Positions 42,674 to 51,894 of a DNA stretch of 64,000 bases are shown piece after piece. The stretch is from Ruminococcus sp. (GTDB lineage Bacteria; Bacillota; Clostridia; Oscillospirales; Ruminococcaceae). The stretch covers positions 266 through 64,265 of the forward strand of contig NZ_JAFYYT010000029.1 of assembly GCF_017549005.1 (NCBI RefSeq). The letters run 5' to 3'. The notes beneath the pieces are model-generated. The model was not told the DNA's origin. It was given only the letters and a program-made list of their open reading frames with translations, and searched no databases. Position numbers and translations under genes: made by a program. The first letter of the stretch is position 1. Every line of letters starts with the position of its first letter.

Positions 42674-45600
42674 ATGAATCGAAAAAAGATATTTGCTTCT
42701 TTTATGGCATTCGTAATGTCATTTGGAGCAATACAGTCACCCAATTTTTCCTCCGACATTTTTACGGCTGCTACAGAAGAACATAACGGGGAAACTGTTT
42801 CATTCGACATTGAAACAGGTACGCTGACTTTACAGGGGAAAGTCGACAGGGACGATGTATCAGAATACAACAGAAATGAAAACGTAAAAAACATTATCGC
42901 AGCAAAGGGTACTATCCTCCCCGAAAACTGCGGGGAGCTTTTTATGGGCTCAAAAGCTGAAAAAATAGACCTAAGCAACGCTGAGTCGGCAAATGTAACA
43001 AATATGCACTCTATGTTTGAGGAGTGTGATCTGCTGACATATATCGACCTTTCAGGCTTCAATACAAAAAATGTTACAGATATGAACAGTATGTTCCTCA
43101 GCTGCCGCTCTCTGATATCTGTTGATGTTTCGGACTTTGATACTTCCAACGTTACGGGAATGTCCCGAATGTTCAAGAACTGCTCGTCGCTTACAGCTCT
43201 TGATGTATCGGGATTTGATACTTCAAAGGCAGCCCCTCTGTTCAGTATGTTCGAAGGCTGCTCGTCACTCAAAGCTCTCGATGTATCGGGCTTTGATACT
43301 TCAAATGCAACATATATGTTCAATATGTTCAAGGGATGTTCATCACTGAAAGTTCTTGATCTTTCAGGTTTCAATACTAAAAATACAGTAAGTATGGTCG
43401 GAATGTTCATGGACTGTTCAGCACTGACAATTCTTGATATATCAGGATTCAGTACGGAAAGTCTCATGAATATGTACGAATCCGCCGGCGGCTGCTCGTC
43501 CATGTTTGAAAACTGCTCTGCTTTGAAAACGATCTACGCTGGCAATGCCCTGACCTTCAGTGACGGCGACGGTACAGATCTGTTTGCAGGCTGTAACAAG
43601 CTTGTCGGCGGAAATGGGACTAAATTCGACGAAAACAATACAGGAATATCATATGCACGCATAGATAGTAACGAAAAGCACGGATATTTCACGGAAAGAC
43701 CTGACTACACCCTCGGTGATGTCAACAACGACGGATTTATAGACGCAGTAGACTCTTCGCAGGTACTCGTCTACTATGCAAAGGTTTCCACGGATTCCGA
43801 CGGTGGTTTCACAGACGGGCAGAAGCTTGCCGCTGATATGAACCGTGACGGTCTTATCGACGCTGTGGATGCTTCTCTTATTCTTGCGTACTACGCGCAT
43901 ATTTCCACTAATAATGAAACAACTACAACCACTACAGGCACTACTACTTCTTCTACTACAAGCACAACGACAACTACAACGACAAGTACTACATCATCTA
44001 CTACAAGTACGACTACCACTACAACAAGTACAACTACTTCAACGACAAAACCAACTACTACCACTACAAGTACAACATCAACCACAACAACCACGACAAC
44101 TACTACCACAAGGACGTCTACTACTACAACAAGGACAACAACTACTACGACAAAACCAACTACTACCACTACAAGTACAACATCAACCACGACAACTACT
44201 ACCACAAGAACATCTACTACTACAGCAAGGACAACAACTACTACGACAAAAACAACTACCACTACTACGAGTACATCTACCACTACAACAAGTACAACTA
44301 CTACGACAAAACCAACTACTACCACTACAAGTACAACATCAACCACGACAACTACTACCACAAGAACATCTACTACTACAACAAGGACAACAACTACTAC
44401 GACAAAAACAACTACCACTACTACGAGTACAACTACTACAACAAGCACAACCACCACAACAACGACTACTACAAGTTCAACAACCACTACGACGAGTACG
44501 ACCACAACTACTACAAGTACAACTTCCACCACAACAAGCACAACAACAACAACAACTACTACTACGACAACTGTTCCTCAGTCAAGTACTACTACAACCG
44601 TCCTGACAACAAGCTTTGCGGACTATATGATACCACCTGAACTTGAACTTGAAATAAACAGCTCAATTGTTGTCGGAGATCCATCACAGTATCTGACTCC
44701 ACAGCAGTTCGGCGCAAAGGGCGACGGCTCAACTGATGATACACAGGCTTTCCGTAAGCTTTTCAAGGCTGCATATGATGATTCTTCCATTTCAGTCGGC
44801 TGGCGGCACGCAAAGAGCATTTTCATCCCGAGCGGATTATATATAATCAATGGTACAGTCATAGATGAAAACTCAGACATTCGTTTCGCAATGTTTGATG
44901 TCAGCGGTGCAGGCAGGGAAAGTACAACTATACAGTTCAACGGCGATGTACTGTTCGATAATCAAACACATGACGACCCTGATGATCCTAATAAGGACCG
45001 GCGTCCTATCTTCGGCTTCACTACCTTCCGCAACATAGGCTTTAACGGCACCGACAAGAATACTTTTATGAACATCAGAGACAGCGTTAAAATGGTTGAC
45101 GGAGTTAATGTTGGAGTCAACGACGGTGTACAAAGATTACAGTTCATTTCATGTACATTCGGACATTGCAATAAGATCCTGAATACTATCGATTCAACTA
45201 TAATGCTTTCGGAGATCACTTTTGCATATTGTAAAATTGCATCATGCGGCACAGTAAACAACCCGTGCAAGCTGTTCGTATTAAACTGTCCGCAGTCTGT
45301 AAACTGGAGATTTATTTATACGGATATGGAATCCTTCCACGGCGACGCATTCTATTACATGAAAGGTACGAGTATAAGCCTTTTAGGCGGCTCTATTATC
45401 CCGCTTTCAGGCAGCGTTTTCAATTTTGACTTGTATACTGCTGAAAAAACTGATACCGCAGGTCCTTCCAATTCTCCACATGTACTATGTATCAATTCAC
45501 GTTTTGAGATCAGAGACGAAAGCTCACTAATAAAATCAGCTTCCTATTACGGAAATACAACTAAAGCTTTATTTAAAGCCTGTGGTTTTGGTACAGCTTC

Positions 45601-46222
45601 AAATAATTCTCCCAATTTCCTTTCAATAAACGGCGGACTGAACGTTAACTTTGAAGAATGTTACGGCTGCGACCGCATCAGACTCAGCGGAAACGTTACC
45701 AAAAACGGCTGGCTGGTGCCTAAACTCACCTTTACAAAATGCCCTGATCTCAATCTGGAATACCTCATAAAAAACGCAAACATCAAAAACGAGCAGCCGG
45801 GACTTACCAAGAACAACCTCCATGTCAAGGTCGACAATTCATATGATTTCTTCATTGTAGACAATGATTACTTTCATACTATATCTGAGCTTGAGGAATG
45901 CAGACAGACCGTAAAGCTCAGTGAATATGATACTGTTGGTCTTTCAAATGGCAAAACTTTCAAGACCAAACCATACGGATATGTAAAATACGTAGAACTG
46001 ACTGTTATCCATAACGATAATTATGGAGATGATTATCCTGTAACCATAACTCTTTATGATAACGGCAAAAAGATAAGCGAACCCACCAAGCTCACATTTG
46101 AAGCAAACAGGACCTACAAGATCGAAGTAAATGACTATGTGGATGAACTTCAGGCTGTATTTACACATTCAAATTCAAAAAATCCCAACATAGACATGAA
46201 TATGGAAATCATCAAATACTAA
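42674..46222 (+). CDS. DUF285/BspA-type leucine-rich-repeat module + internal dockerin + ~230-aa Thr/Ser linker + pectate-lyase-superfamily (tailspike-like) beta-helix domain
   Basis: Signal peptide. Six 25-aa repeats 'F..C..L..[LI]D[LV]S.F[DN]T..[VA]T.M..M'. Dockerin: GDVNNDGFIDAVDSSQVLVYYAKVST...NRDGLIDAVDASLILAYYAHIST. Long T/S linker. The C-terminal domain opens with 'TPQQFGAKGDGSTDDTQAFRKLFKAA', the signature N-terminus of Pectate_lyase_3/GH28-related beta-helices. Confidence 0.85.
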   Translation: MNRKKIFASFMAFVMSFGAIQSPNFSSDIFTAATEEHNGETVSFDIETGTLTLQGKVDRDDVSEYNRNENVKNIIAAKGTILPENCGELFMGSKAEKIDLSNAESANVTNMHSMFEECDLLTYIDLSGFNTKNVTDMNSMFLSCRSLISVDVSDFDTSNVTGMSRMFKNCSSLTALDVSGFDTSKAAPLFSMFEGCSSLKALDVSGFDTSNATYMFNMFKGCSSLKVLDLSGFNTKNTVSMVGMFMDCSALTILDISGFSTESLMNMYESAGGCSSMFENCSALKTIYAGNALTFSDGDGTDLFAGCNKLVGGNGTKFDENNTGISYARIDSNEKHGYFTERPDYTLGDVNNDGFIDAVDSSQVLVYYAKVSTDSDGGFTDGQKLAADMNRDGLIDAVDASLILAYYAHISTNNETTTTTTGTTTSSTTSTTTTTTTSTTSSTTSTTTTTTSTTTSTTKPTTTTTSTTSTTTTTTTTTTRTSTTTTRTTTTTTKPTTTTTSTTSTTTTTTTRTSTTTARTTTTTTKTTTTTTSTSTTTTSTTTTTKPTTTTTSTTSTTTTTTTRTSTTTTRTTTTTTKTTTTTTSTTTTTSTTTTTTTTTSSTTTTTSTTTTTTSTTSTTTSTTTTTTTTTTTVPQSSTTTTVLTTSFADYMIPPELELEINSSIVVGDPSQYLTPQQFGAKGDGSTDDTQAFRKLFKAAYDDSSISVGWRHAKSIFIPSGLYIINGTVIDENSDIRFAMFDVSGAGRESTTIQFNGDVLFDNQTHDDPDDPNKDRRPIFGFTTFRNIGFNGTDKNTFMNIRDSVKMVDGVNVGVNDGVQRLQFISCTFGHCNKILNTIDSTIMLSEITFAYCKIASCGTVNNPCKLFVLNCPQSVNWRFIYTDMESFHGDAFYYMKGTSISLLGGSIIPLSGSVFNFDLYTAEKTDTAGPSNSPHVLCINSRFEIRDESSLIKSASYYGNTTKALFKACGFGTASNNSPNFLSINGGLNVNFEECYGCDRIRLSGNVTKNGWLVPKLTFTKCPDLNLEYLIKNANIKNEQPGLTKNNLHVKVDNSYDFFIVDNDYFHTISELEECRQTVKLSEYDTVGLSNGKTFKTKPYGYVKYVELTVIHNDNYGDDYPVTITLYDNGKKISEPTKLTFEANRTYKIEVNDYVDELQAVFTHSNSKNPNIDMNMEIIKY
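44042..44458 (+). repeat. Near-identical in-frame tandem DNA repeats inside the Thr-rich linker
   Basis: The unit starting 'acgacaaaaccaactactaccactacaagtacaacatcaaccac...' recurs at 44042, 44147 and 44303. The 156-nt units 44147-44302 and 44303-44458 are nearly identical and each encodes KPTTTTTSTTSTTTTTTTRTSTTT(A/T)RTTTTTTKTTTTTTST... Confidence 0.8.
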
Positions 46223-46227
46223 GCCAA

Positions 46228-46260
46228 AAGGGCAGTAGTTCAATCTACTGCCCTTTTTTC
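46228..46260. terminator. Bidirectional intrinsic terminator between convergent genes
   Basis: AAGGGCAGTAG-ttcaat-CTACTGCCCTT followed by TTTTTC and preceded by CCAAAA. Confidence 0.75.
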
Positions 46261-46313
46261 ATCTGTATTCTTTATTTCACTGATCTATTTCCAAATAGAT
46301 AAATCGCTTTGCA

Positions 46314-47363
46314 TCAAAGCTCACGCATGATATCCAGTGTGTGGCGTATTCCCTCTTCCACAGTAAACTGCCCTTTCCAGCCCAGGCTCTCAAGCTTTCT
46401 GCTGCTGAGAACCTGTTTTGCGATAGGTGTCATTTCTGCCTTTGCGACTTCATCAGGATCTGCAAATATGACTTTTGTTCCCGTCTGTGCGGCAACTTCC
46501 TTTGCAAAGCCTGCGATAGTCGTTCTTGAAGCGGAATTTGCAATATTATAGGCATTTCCGCTGATTCCGCTTGTGAGTACCGAGATTATAGCTGACGCTG
46601 AATCTGCAAGATAGGTGTACGACCGGAACTGATTTCCGGCGCTGTTGAGGACAATATCCTCCCCTGCAAGTCCCTTGTTCACAAACTGTGCGTTTGCACG
46701 ATTATCAGCCTTTGTAACTGTAGGACCGTAGGTGTGGCTCGGTCTTACTATAACAGTATCAAGTCCGAACTGCTTTGTATATGACACGCACAGAGTCTCA
46801 GCCGCTCTCTTTCCGTTAGGATAGCATGAACGCGCCGATGTAGGGTCGACATAGCCTGCATAGGTCTCCTCAAAGGCTTCAAGGCTGAGGTCGCCCTGTC
46901 CGTATACTTCGCCCGACGAGATATAGAGCAAACGCTTTGTGCCGTGCTCCCTGCCGTAGTCAAGAAGGTACTTCGTACCGAGGATATTGCTCATTACAGT
47001 TCCAACGGGGTCGCTGTTGAAAGCCGCAGGAAATGCAGGACTTGCTGCGTGAATGATATAGTCAGCTGTAAAGTCAAAATCAGGAAGTTCATTGACATTA
47101 TGCTCCACAAAATGCAGCTTGTCCGTGTTGATCCCCTCATATCTTGCAGCAAGCCGCTCCGCACTCAGATCCATTGCGTAAACTGTGATGTCTGCGTTCA
47201 TGTACTTGTTTGCATAAAGCAGCATATCCGCCATGAACGAACCGATAAGTCCCGAACCGCCTGCTATAAGAACAGATGAACCATACAGCTTTTCAAGTCC
47301 GACTACAGCATTTACAGCTATTCCGACGTCCTTTTTGTAATTTTCACTTTTATAGAAATTCAT
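46314..47363 (-). CDS. NAD-dependent epimerase/dehydratase-family (extended SDR) enzyme; possibly the reductase partner of the adjacent cytidylyltransferase
   Basis: 'VLIAGGSGLIGSFMADML' Rossmann motif, 'YISSGEVYG' and 'YPNGKRAAE' (YxxxK). Confidence 0.8.
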   Translation of the reverse strand: MNFYKSENYKKDVGIAVNAVVGLEKLYGSSVLIAGGSGLIGSFMADMLLYANKYMNADITVYAMDLSAERLAARYEGINTDKLHFVEHNVNELPDFDFTADYIIHAASPAFPAAFNSDPVGTVMSNILGTKYLLDYGREHGTKRLLYISSGEVYGQGDLSLEAFEETYAGYVDPTSARSCYPNGKRAAETLCVSYTKQFGLDTVIVRPSHTYGPTVTKADNRANAQFVNKGLAGEDIVLNSAGNQFRSYTYLADSASAIISVLTSGISGNAYNIANSASRTTIAGFAKEVAAQTGTKVIFADPDEVAKAEMTPIAKQVLSSRKLESLGWKGQFTVEEGIRHTLDIMREL

Positions 47364-47368
47364 AACAA

Positions 47369-48094
47369 TTAGTCCTTTAACCAGTCTGATCTTTTTGCCT
47401 TGAGAAGAGCCTTGAATATGTCGATATCCTCAACTGTCGTAAGTTTGATGTTCTTTTCCGAACCTGACGAGAAATGTACCTGCTCGCCCATTTCTATCAT
47501 AAGTGTACACGAAGCAATAGAATTGGTGATGCCTGCCTCAAGAGCGCATCTGTGAAGATCACAGATATCTCCTATCTTAAATCCCTGGGGAGTTTGCGTT
47601 CTTTTGAGGTTATCACGGGGATAGCTGCCAGTGGACACTTTACCGTCCTCTGTCTGCATCATAGCTTCTGCACATGGGATAACGGTTATAGCATTTCCGT
47701 ACTTCTTAGTCTTGCTGATACAGTCCGAAATTATCTCTGCCGACACCATCGGACGTATCGCGTCGTGTATGAGAACTATATCGTCTTTGCCGAAGTGCTT
47801 TTCCAGTTCATAAACGCCGTTGCGTATGGAATCCTGACCGTTTTTGCCTCCGGGAACAACGTACTTGAGTTTTGTGATGCCGAACTGCTTTGCATAAGCC
47901 CAGAGGACCTGATCCCAGCCCTCGATACAAACTACTGCAATTGCGTCGATTTCGGGATGATTCTGAAAAGCCTCCAGTGTGTACACGATAACAGGTCTTT
48001 CATAAACAGTTATGAACTGCTTCGGAATATCCTGATGCATTCTGCTTCCGCAGCCGCCTGCTATCAATAATCCAATATTTGCCATAAATGCCAC
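47369..48094 (-). CDS. IspD/TarI-family cytidylyltransferase (CDP-alditol, e.g. CDP-ribitol, synthesis)
   Basis: 'GLLIAGGCGSRMHQDIPKQFITVYERPVIVYTLEAF', 'IHDAIRP' and 'RTQTPQGF'. Confidence 0.8.
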   Translation of the reverse strand: MAFMANIGLLIAGGCGSRMHQDIPKQFITVYERPVIVYTLEAFQNHPEIDAIAVVCIEGWDQVLWAYAKQFGITKLKYVVPGGKNGQDSIRNGVYELEKHFGKDDIVLIHDAIRPMVSAEIISDCISKTKKYGNAITVIPCAEAMMQTEDGKVSTGSYPRDNLKRTQTPQGFKIGDICDLHRCALEAGITNSIASCTLMIEMGEQVHFSSGSEKNIKLTTVEDIDIFKALLKAKRSDWLKD

Positions 48095-48134
48095 CTCTTG
48101 ATAATATATAAATGCTCCAGCCTGTTTAAAGCTG

Positions 48135-49307
48135 TCACTTCTTTTTCTTTTTTCTGAGCTTTCGTTTCAGATCAGACCAGAACAGCATCGAGAGCTTGAA
48201 TGAGAACTTGTCTATAGTCCTGTAATCACTGGATCTCAGACTGTACCTGTATCTAAGGTAATCGGCGTCAGTCTTGACAGGCTCCGCACTTTCCGACGTA
48301 TCGTAAAGCTTAATGGTGTGACCGGCGTAATCCTGCAAGATGTTCAGCTCCACAGGCCGCAGGCTCATTCCGTATTCACGTACCACCTTGTAAGGAAGCG
48401 GATCAACAGTGAGAATGTATCTTTTGAAGAGAACGGGTTTCTTTGTTCCCCATATGCATACGGTGAGCTCATCATCGGGAACTCCCAGTGCATTTCCGAG
48501 CCCTTCACGTTCCATATACTCGTCATATATCACAGCCGAGGGAGAAAACTCAGGGAAAGAATACTTCTTTTTCCCGTACTGCAGCTCAACCTGATGATCG
48601 TCCACAGTGTACTTTGCGTGCTCGCCTGCGTCGCTGCAATTGGTGGAAAGACTGCAATACGGATATACGAAATAGCGCCCCTCTTCTATACAGTATCTGT
48701 CATGAAACTTGAGCCACGATGATTCGGGCCACTCATTGAGCGCATATGGTATCCTGTCGGACTTTGTGAACTTCTCATTGCGGCTGAGCCATTCCTTGAA
48801 GGGCTTCCATTTGGAATAAGTCCAGACCTGTCCCCATGACATTGCAATCTTCATGAAAAAAGCGTCATGCTCCGATTTCTGAGGTTCAAAACGGGCCAGC
48901 CATTTCAGCCAGTTCTTCTGAAATGTGTACAGCGAGATACCTGCAATATTCTCATCTTCGCCGTAGAATCCGACTGCCTGATAAGCATAGTGATACATAC
49001 TGTCGCTAACATATATATCGTCCTCGAGAACTATGACCATGTCATATTTTTCCGTAAAATCTCCGCACTGAAGGATATGTTTTTTAAGTCCCTGACGCTG
49101 CGGGAATGTACGTATGACCTTCTCACCGTGCTTCCACTCATATTTCTTCGCGAAGTCCTCGACCAAAGAAGTCCCGCTGTTATCTATGCTGAAAATCAAT
49201 GAAATATCATTTCTTCCGTCATAATCGACCTTTTCCAGTGAAGAAAGCAGGCGCTTCAAGCCGCCAAGACGATTATAACATACTAAAACAATGGCAACAG
49301 ATCTCAT
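48135..49307 (-). CDS. Putative GT-A-fold glycosyltransferase (GT2-like N-terminus)
   Basis: 'VAIVLVCYNRLGGLKRLLSSL...SIDNSG...VIVLEDDIYVS' (DxD-like EDD). The C-terminal half is uncharacterised. Confidence 0.55.
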   Translation of the reverse strand: MRSVAIVLVCYNRLGGLKRLLSSLEKVDYDGRNDISLIFSIDNSGTSLVEDFAKKYEWKHGEKVIRTFPQRQGLKKHILQCGDFTEKYDMVIVLEDDIYVSDSMYHYAYQAVGFYGEDENIAGISLYTFQKNWLKWLARFEPQKSEHDAFFMKIAMSWGQVWTYSKWKPFKEWLSRNEKFTKSDRIPYALNEWPESSWLKFHDRYCIEEGRYFVYPYCSLSTNCSDAGEHAKYTVDDHQVELQYGKKKYSFPEFSPSAVIYDEYMEREGLGNALGVPDDELTVCIWGTKKPVLFKRYILTVDPLPYKVVREYGMSLRPVELNILQDYAGHTIKLYDTSESAEPVKTDADYLRYRYSLRSSDYRTIDKFSFKLSMLFWSDLKRKLRKKKKK

Positions 49308-49310
49308 TTT

Positions 49311-50600
49311 TTATCTCCTAAACGTTATTCCTTTGAGCATAAGTATCGAATTCTCCCTTATCGGCTTTATAAACAGAGGAAGCACTATACTTGTTCCTAT
49401 CTGAGTAATCAGAGAAGCTACGGCAGCGCCTGTAGCTCCGAATTTCGGTATCAGCAGCCAGTTGATAAGGATATTCAGTACTACCGCAGAGCCGTACAGG
49501 TATTTCAGGTACTTCTGCTTGCCCTCGCACACGAGCCACGCGTTTCTTGCAACTCCGAGGTATGAGAACGCCGTGTACCAGGTTATCACCTTCAAGGGCT
49601 CAACAGCGCCGATATACTTTTCTTTGTATAAGAACAGAACAGCAGGCTTCGCTATAACGGTGATACCGACCGAAGCGACCAGCGCTACGTAAAATACAAT
49701 ACTGTAGAGCTGGATATTACGTTTTCTATATTTTTCGTAATCCTGCTTATGAAGCTCCATGATGGACGGATAAAACGAGTCGATTATCGCCTGCAATACG
49801 AATACCCATGCCAGACTGAGCTGTACAGCAGCACCGTAGTCTCCTACCGACGATGTATTGTGCAGCATATGCTTCAGCATGAATTTATCTGTGTTTCCGT
49901 ATATCGAGACCATAAGAGTGGAAATTATGAAATGATAGCTCTGCGACAGCAGCCTTTTTCCGGTAGGCCATGAAAACGAGAACGCAGGTCCGTTTTTCTT
50001 TTTGTAGAAGATGTACACGACTACAACAACTGCGATATAATCTATCGACATTGCCACCGCGAACCAGCCTACGCTTTTGCCAAGCAACAAAAGCACTGCT
50101 TTATATGCCGACATTGCCAGATATGCTATGATAGTCGCTATGGCACATACCTTTGACTCAAGCCTTGCCTGGAACCAGTACTCGAGTATGGTGAAGGACT
50201 GAAATACCATTCCGATACAGCAAAGTCCGACTATTTTTGTAGTCTGAGGCTCTCCCTTGTCGATAATGCATGACAGACAGATTATAGAGATCCACGAAAG
50301 TACAGAAGCTGCAAGCCTCATGGCTATTGATGTACCCAGCAGCTCTCCCTGCTTGTCCTTATGCTCGAGCATTTCCTTAACAATGACCGAATTAAGTCCC
50401 AGAGAGCATAAAGACGAGAAAAATCCCGTATATACAGCAGCATAGCTGATAAGTCCGAAATTACTGTTTCCGAGATATCGGGTAGTAAGAATGTTTATCA
50501 CAAATGCGATTATCATCTGCACTACCTTGCCGCCCACGAGCCATGAGATATTCTTGAATACCCTGGAGGTTTTAGCTTTATTTACAATACTACTAATCAT
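49311..50600 (-). CDS. Wzx-type polysaccharide flippase (MOP superfamily)
   Basis: 429 aa with about 12 predicted TM segments. N-terminal 'FKNISWLVGGKVVQMIIAFVINILTTRYLG' is typical of polysaccharide biosynthesis/export proteins. Confidence 0.75.
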   Translation of the reverse strand: MISSIVNKAKTSRVFKNISWLVGGKVVQMIIAFVINILTTRYLGNSNFGLISYAAVYTGFFSSLCSLGLNSVIVKEMLEHKDKQGELLGTSIAMRLAASVLSWISIICLSCIIDKGEPQTTKIVGLCCIGMVFQSFTILEYWFQARLESKVCAIATIIAYLAMSAYKAVLLLLGKSVGWFAVAMSIDYIAVVVVVYIFYKKKNGPAFSFSWPTGKRLLSQSYHFIISTLMVSIYGNTDKFMLKHMLHNTSSVGDYGAAVQLSLAWVFVLQAIIDSFYPSIMELHKQDYEKYRKRNIQLYSIVFYVALVASVGITVIAKPAVLFLYKEKYIGAVEPLKVITWYTAFSYLGVARNAWLVCEGKQKYLKYLYGSAVVLNILINWLLIPKFGATGAAVASLITQIGTSIVLPLFIKPIRENSILMLKGITFRR

Positions 50601-50634
50601 ATTATCCTTTGATCCTTACTTTTGCTGTTGAATG

Positions 50635-51891
50635 TCAGTTACCGTCGGCTGCAGCGTTCTCTGCGTCCTTTTCTTCATTTGCCGTAAGCTTTTCGGCGTA
50701 TTTGTTCACGTTCATTATAAATCCTGCATAGAACCAGAAATCTATGGAGATAACAAAGCTTGCCGATATGAAATGCTTTATCATTATTACGGAAAAAGCG
50801 CAGAACGTAAGCATTACGATAACGCTGTTATTACTGCTCCTTGCAACTGCTATCGTCTTTACAAGACCGAATATCACGACAAAAACCAGTGCAGCTCCTA
50901 CGATCACACCGTAGGAAAGCAGCATTTCAAGTATCCAGTTATGAGCGTATACCATCGGATTAAGCGGCTCGTAGAGAACTGTCCTGTCTCCGAAAAGTCC
51001 GTATCCGAACAGGTTAAGCTTCTGTACAGCCATTTCCCATATTCCGTTTCTTCCGTCCTTTTCGAGCCAGCCCGAAGCCGAGCCCGACATAAACTGCTCA
51101 ATGAATGACAAGGCTCTGCTGGATACACCTGCTTTCGTCAGGAGCCCGCCTATCTTTTCCAGGATATACGGCAGCGAAAACAGGCCTGCTATAGTCAGGA
51201 AAAGCCACTTTAACCTGTTGAATGCACTGTTTTCCGCGTCCGAAAAAAGGTGCATCATTATAAGCAGGACGATATATACCGATACTGTCAGAAACGCTCC
51301 GCGGCAGCCGCCTATAAGAAGCATTACACAGCCTGCGATCCCCAGTATTTTCGAGATGCGCGTGGAGCTTTTTGAGGGAAACAGGCAGAAAAAGACCGAA
51401 TTAAGGCTCATATATGCAAAGGACATATAGTCGCTGGTCTTTTTTTTCAGTATGAACTGTATAACTACAAAAACTCCTATCGCACCTATCAGCGTTATCT
51501 TCGCAAACGTAAAAAGAGCTTTAAAAAGCTCGTCATAATCTATCTCTTCCGTCATTCTGAGAAATATCGGGAAATACACCGTAAGCAGCATCACAAAGCC
51601 GCTTGACCAGAATGAACCGTAAAACATATATGTGGCAGTTGCGGGATTGAGAAGATAGCTGAAAGCCAGCGAAAGCAGCAGAAATGCTGTCGAAAACGCA
51701 GCCGCCCTGAATTTTATCACTCTTGAATAGGAGAATAGTCCTATCACGCCGAGAAACAAATAAATGAACATCGTGAAGCTGCCAAGGCCGAAAACAGCCA
51801 TTATTTCCACCAGAAAGTAATTCATCTGAGGCAGGAAAAACAATAACGCGATCAGGAGTTCATTTTTGGGAGTATTGATCTCTTTTGTCAT
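50635..51891 (-). CDS. Wzy-like polysaccharide polymerase / O-antigen ligase-family membrane protein
   Basis: 418 aa, polytopic with at least 10 hydrophobic segments and a larger loop in the C-terminal third. Positioned next to wzx. Confidence 0.6.
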   Translation of the reverse strand: MTKEINTPKNELLIALLFFLPQMNYFLVEIMAVFGLGSFTMFIYLFLGVIGLFSYSRVIKFRAAAFSTAFLLLSLAFSYLLNPATATYMFYGSFWSSGFVMLLTVYFPIFLRMTEEIDYDELFKALFTFAKITLIGAIGVFVVIQFILKKKTSDYMSFAYMSLNSVFFCLFPSKSSTRISKILGIAGCVMLLIGGCRGAFLTVSVYIVLLIMMHLFSDAENSAFNRLKWLFLTIAGLFSLPYILEKIGGLLTKAGVSSRALSFIEQFMSGSASGWLEKDGRNGIWEMAVQKLNLFGYGLFGDRTVLYEPLNPMVYAHNWILEMLLSYGVIVGAALVFVVIFGLVKTIAVARSSNNSVIVMLTFCAFSVIMIKHFISASFVISIDFWFYAGFIMNVNKYAEKLTANEEKDAENAAADGN

Positions 51892-51894
51892 TTT

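Noticed and set aside
42646-43503. 285-aa minus-strand ORF opposite the start of the LRR gene
   Set aside because: It lies entirely antisense to the periodic DUF285 repeats of a well-supported plus-strand gene. Its own periodicity (…SKPDTSRALSDEQPSNILN…) simply mirrors those repeats, and it has no RBS or promoter. I treat it as a repeat-induced artefact.
43845-44606. 253-aa plus-strand (alternate frame) and 216-aa minus-strand ORFs of extreme composition (poly-Q/L and poly-V)
   Set aside because: These are off-frame or antisense readings of the ACN-rich Thr-linker DNA of gene 42674..46222. Open frames here are a consequence of low complexity, not evidence of coding.
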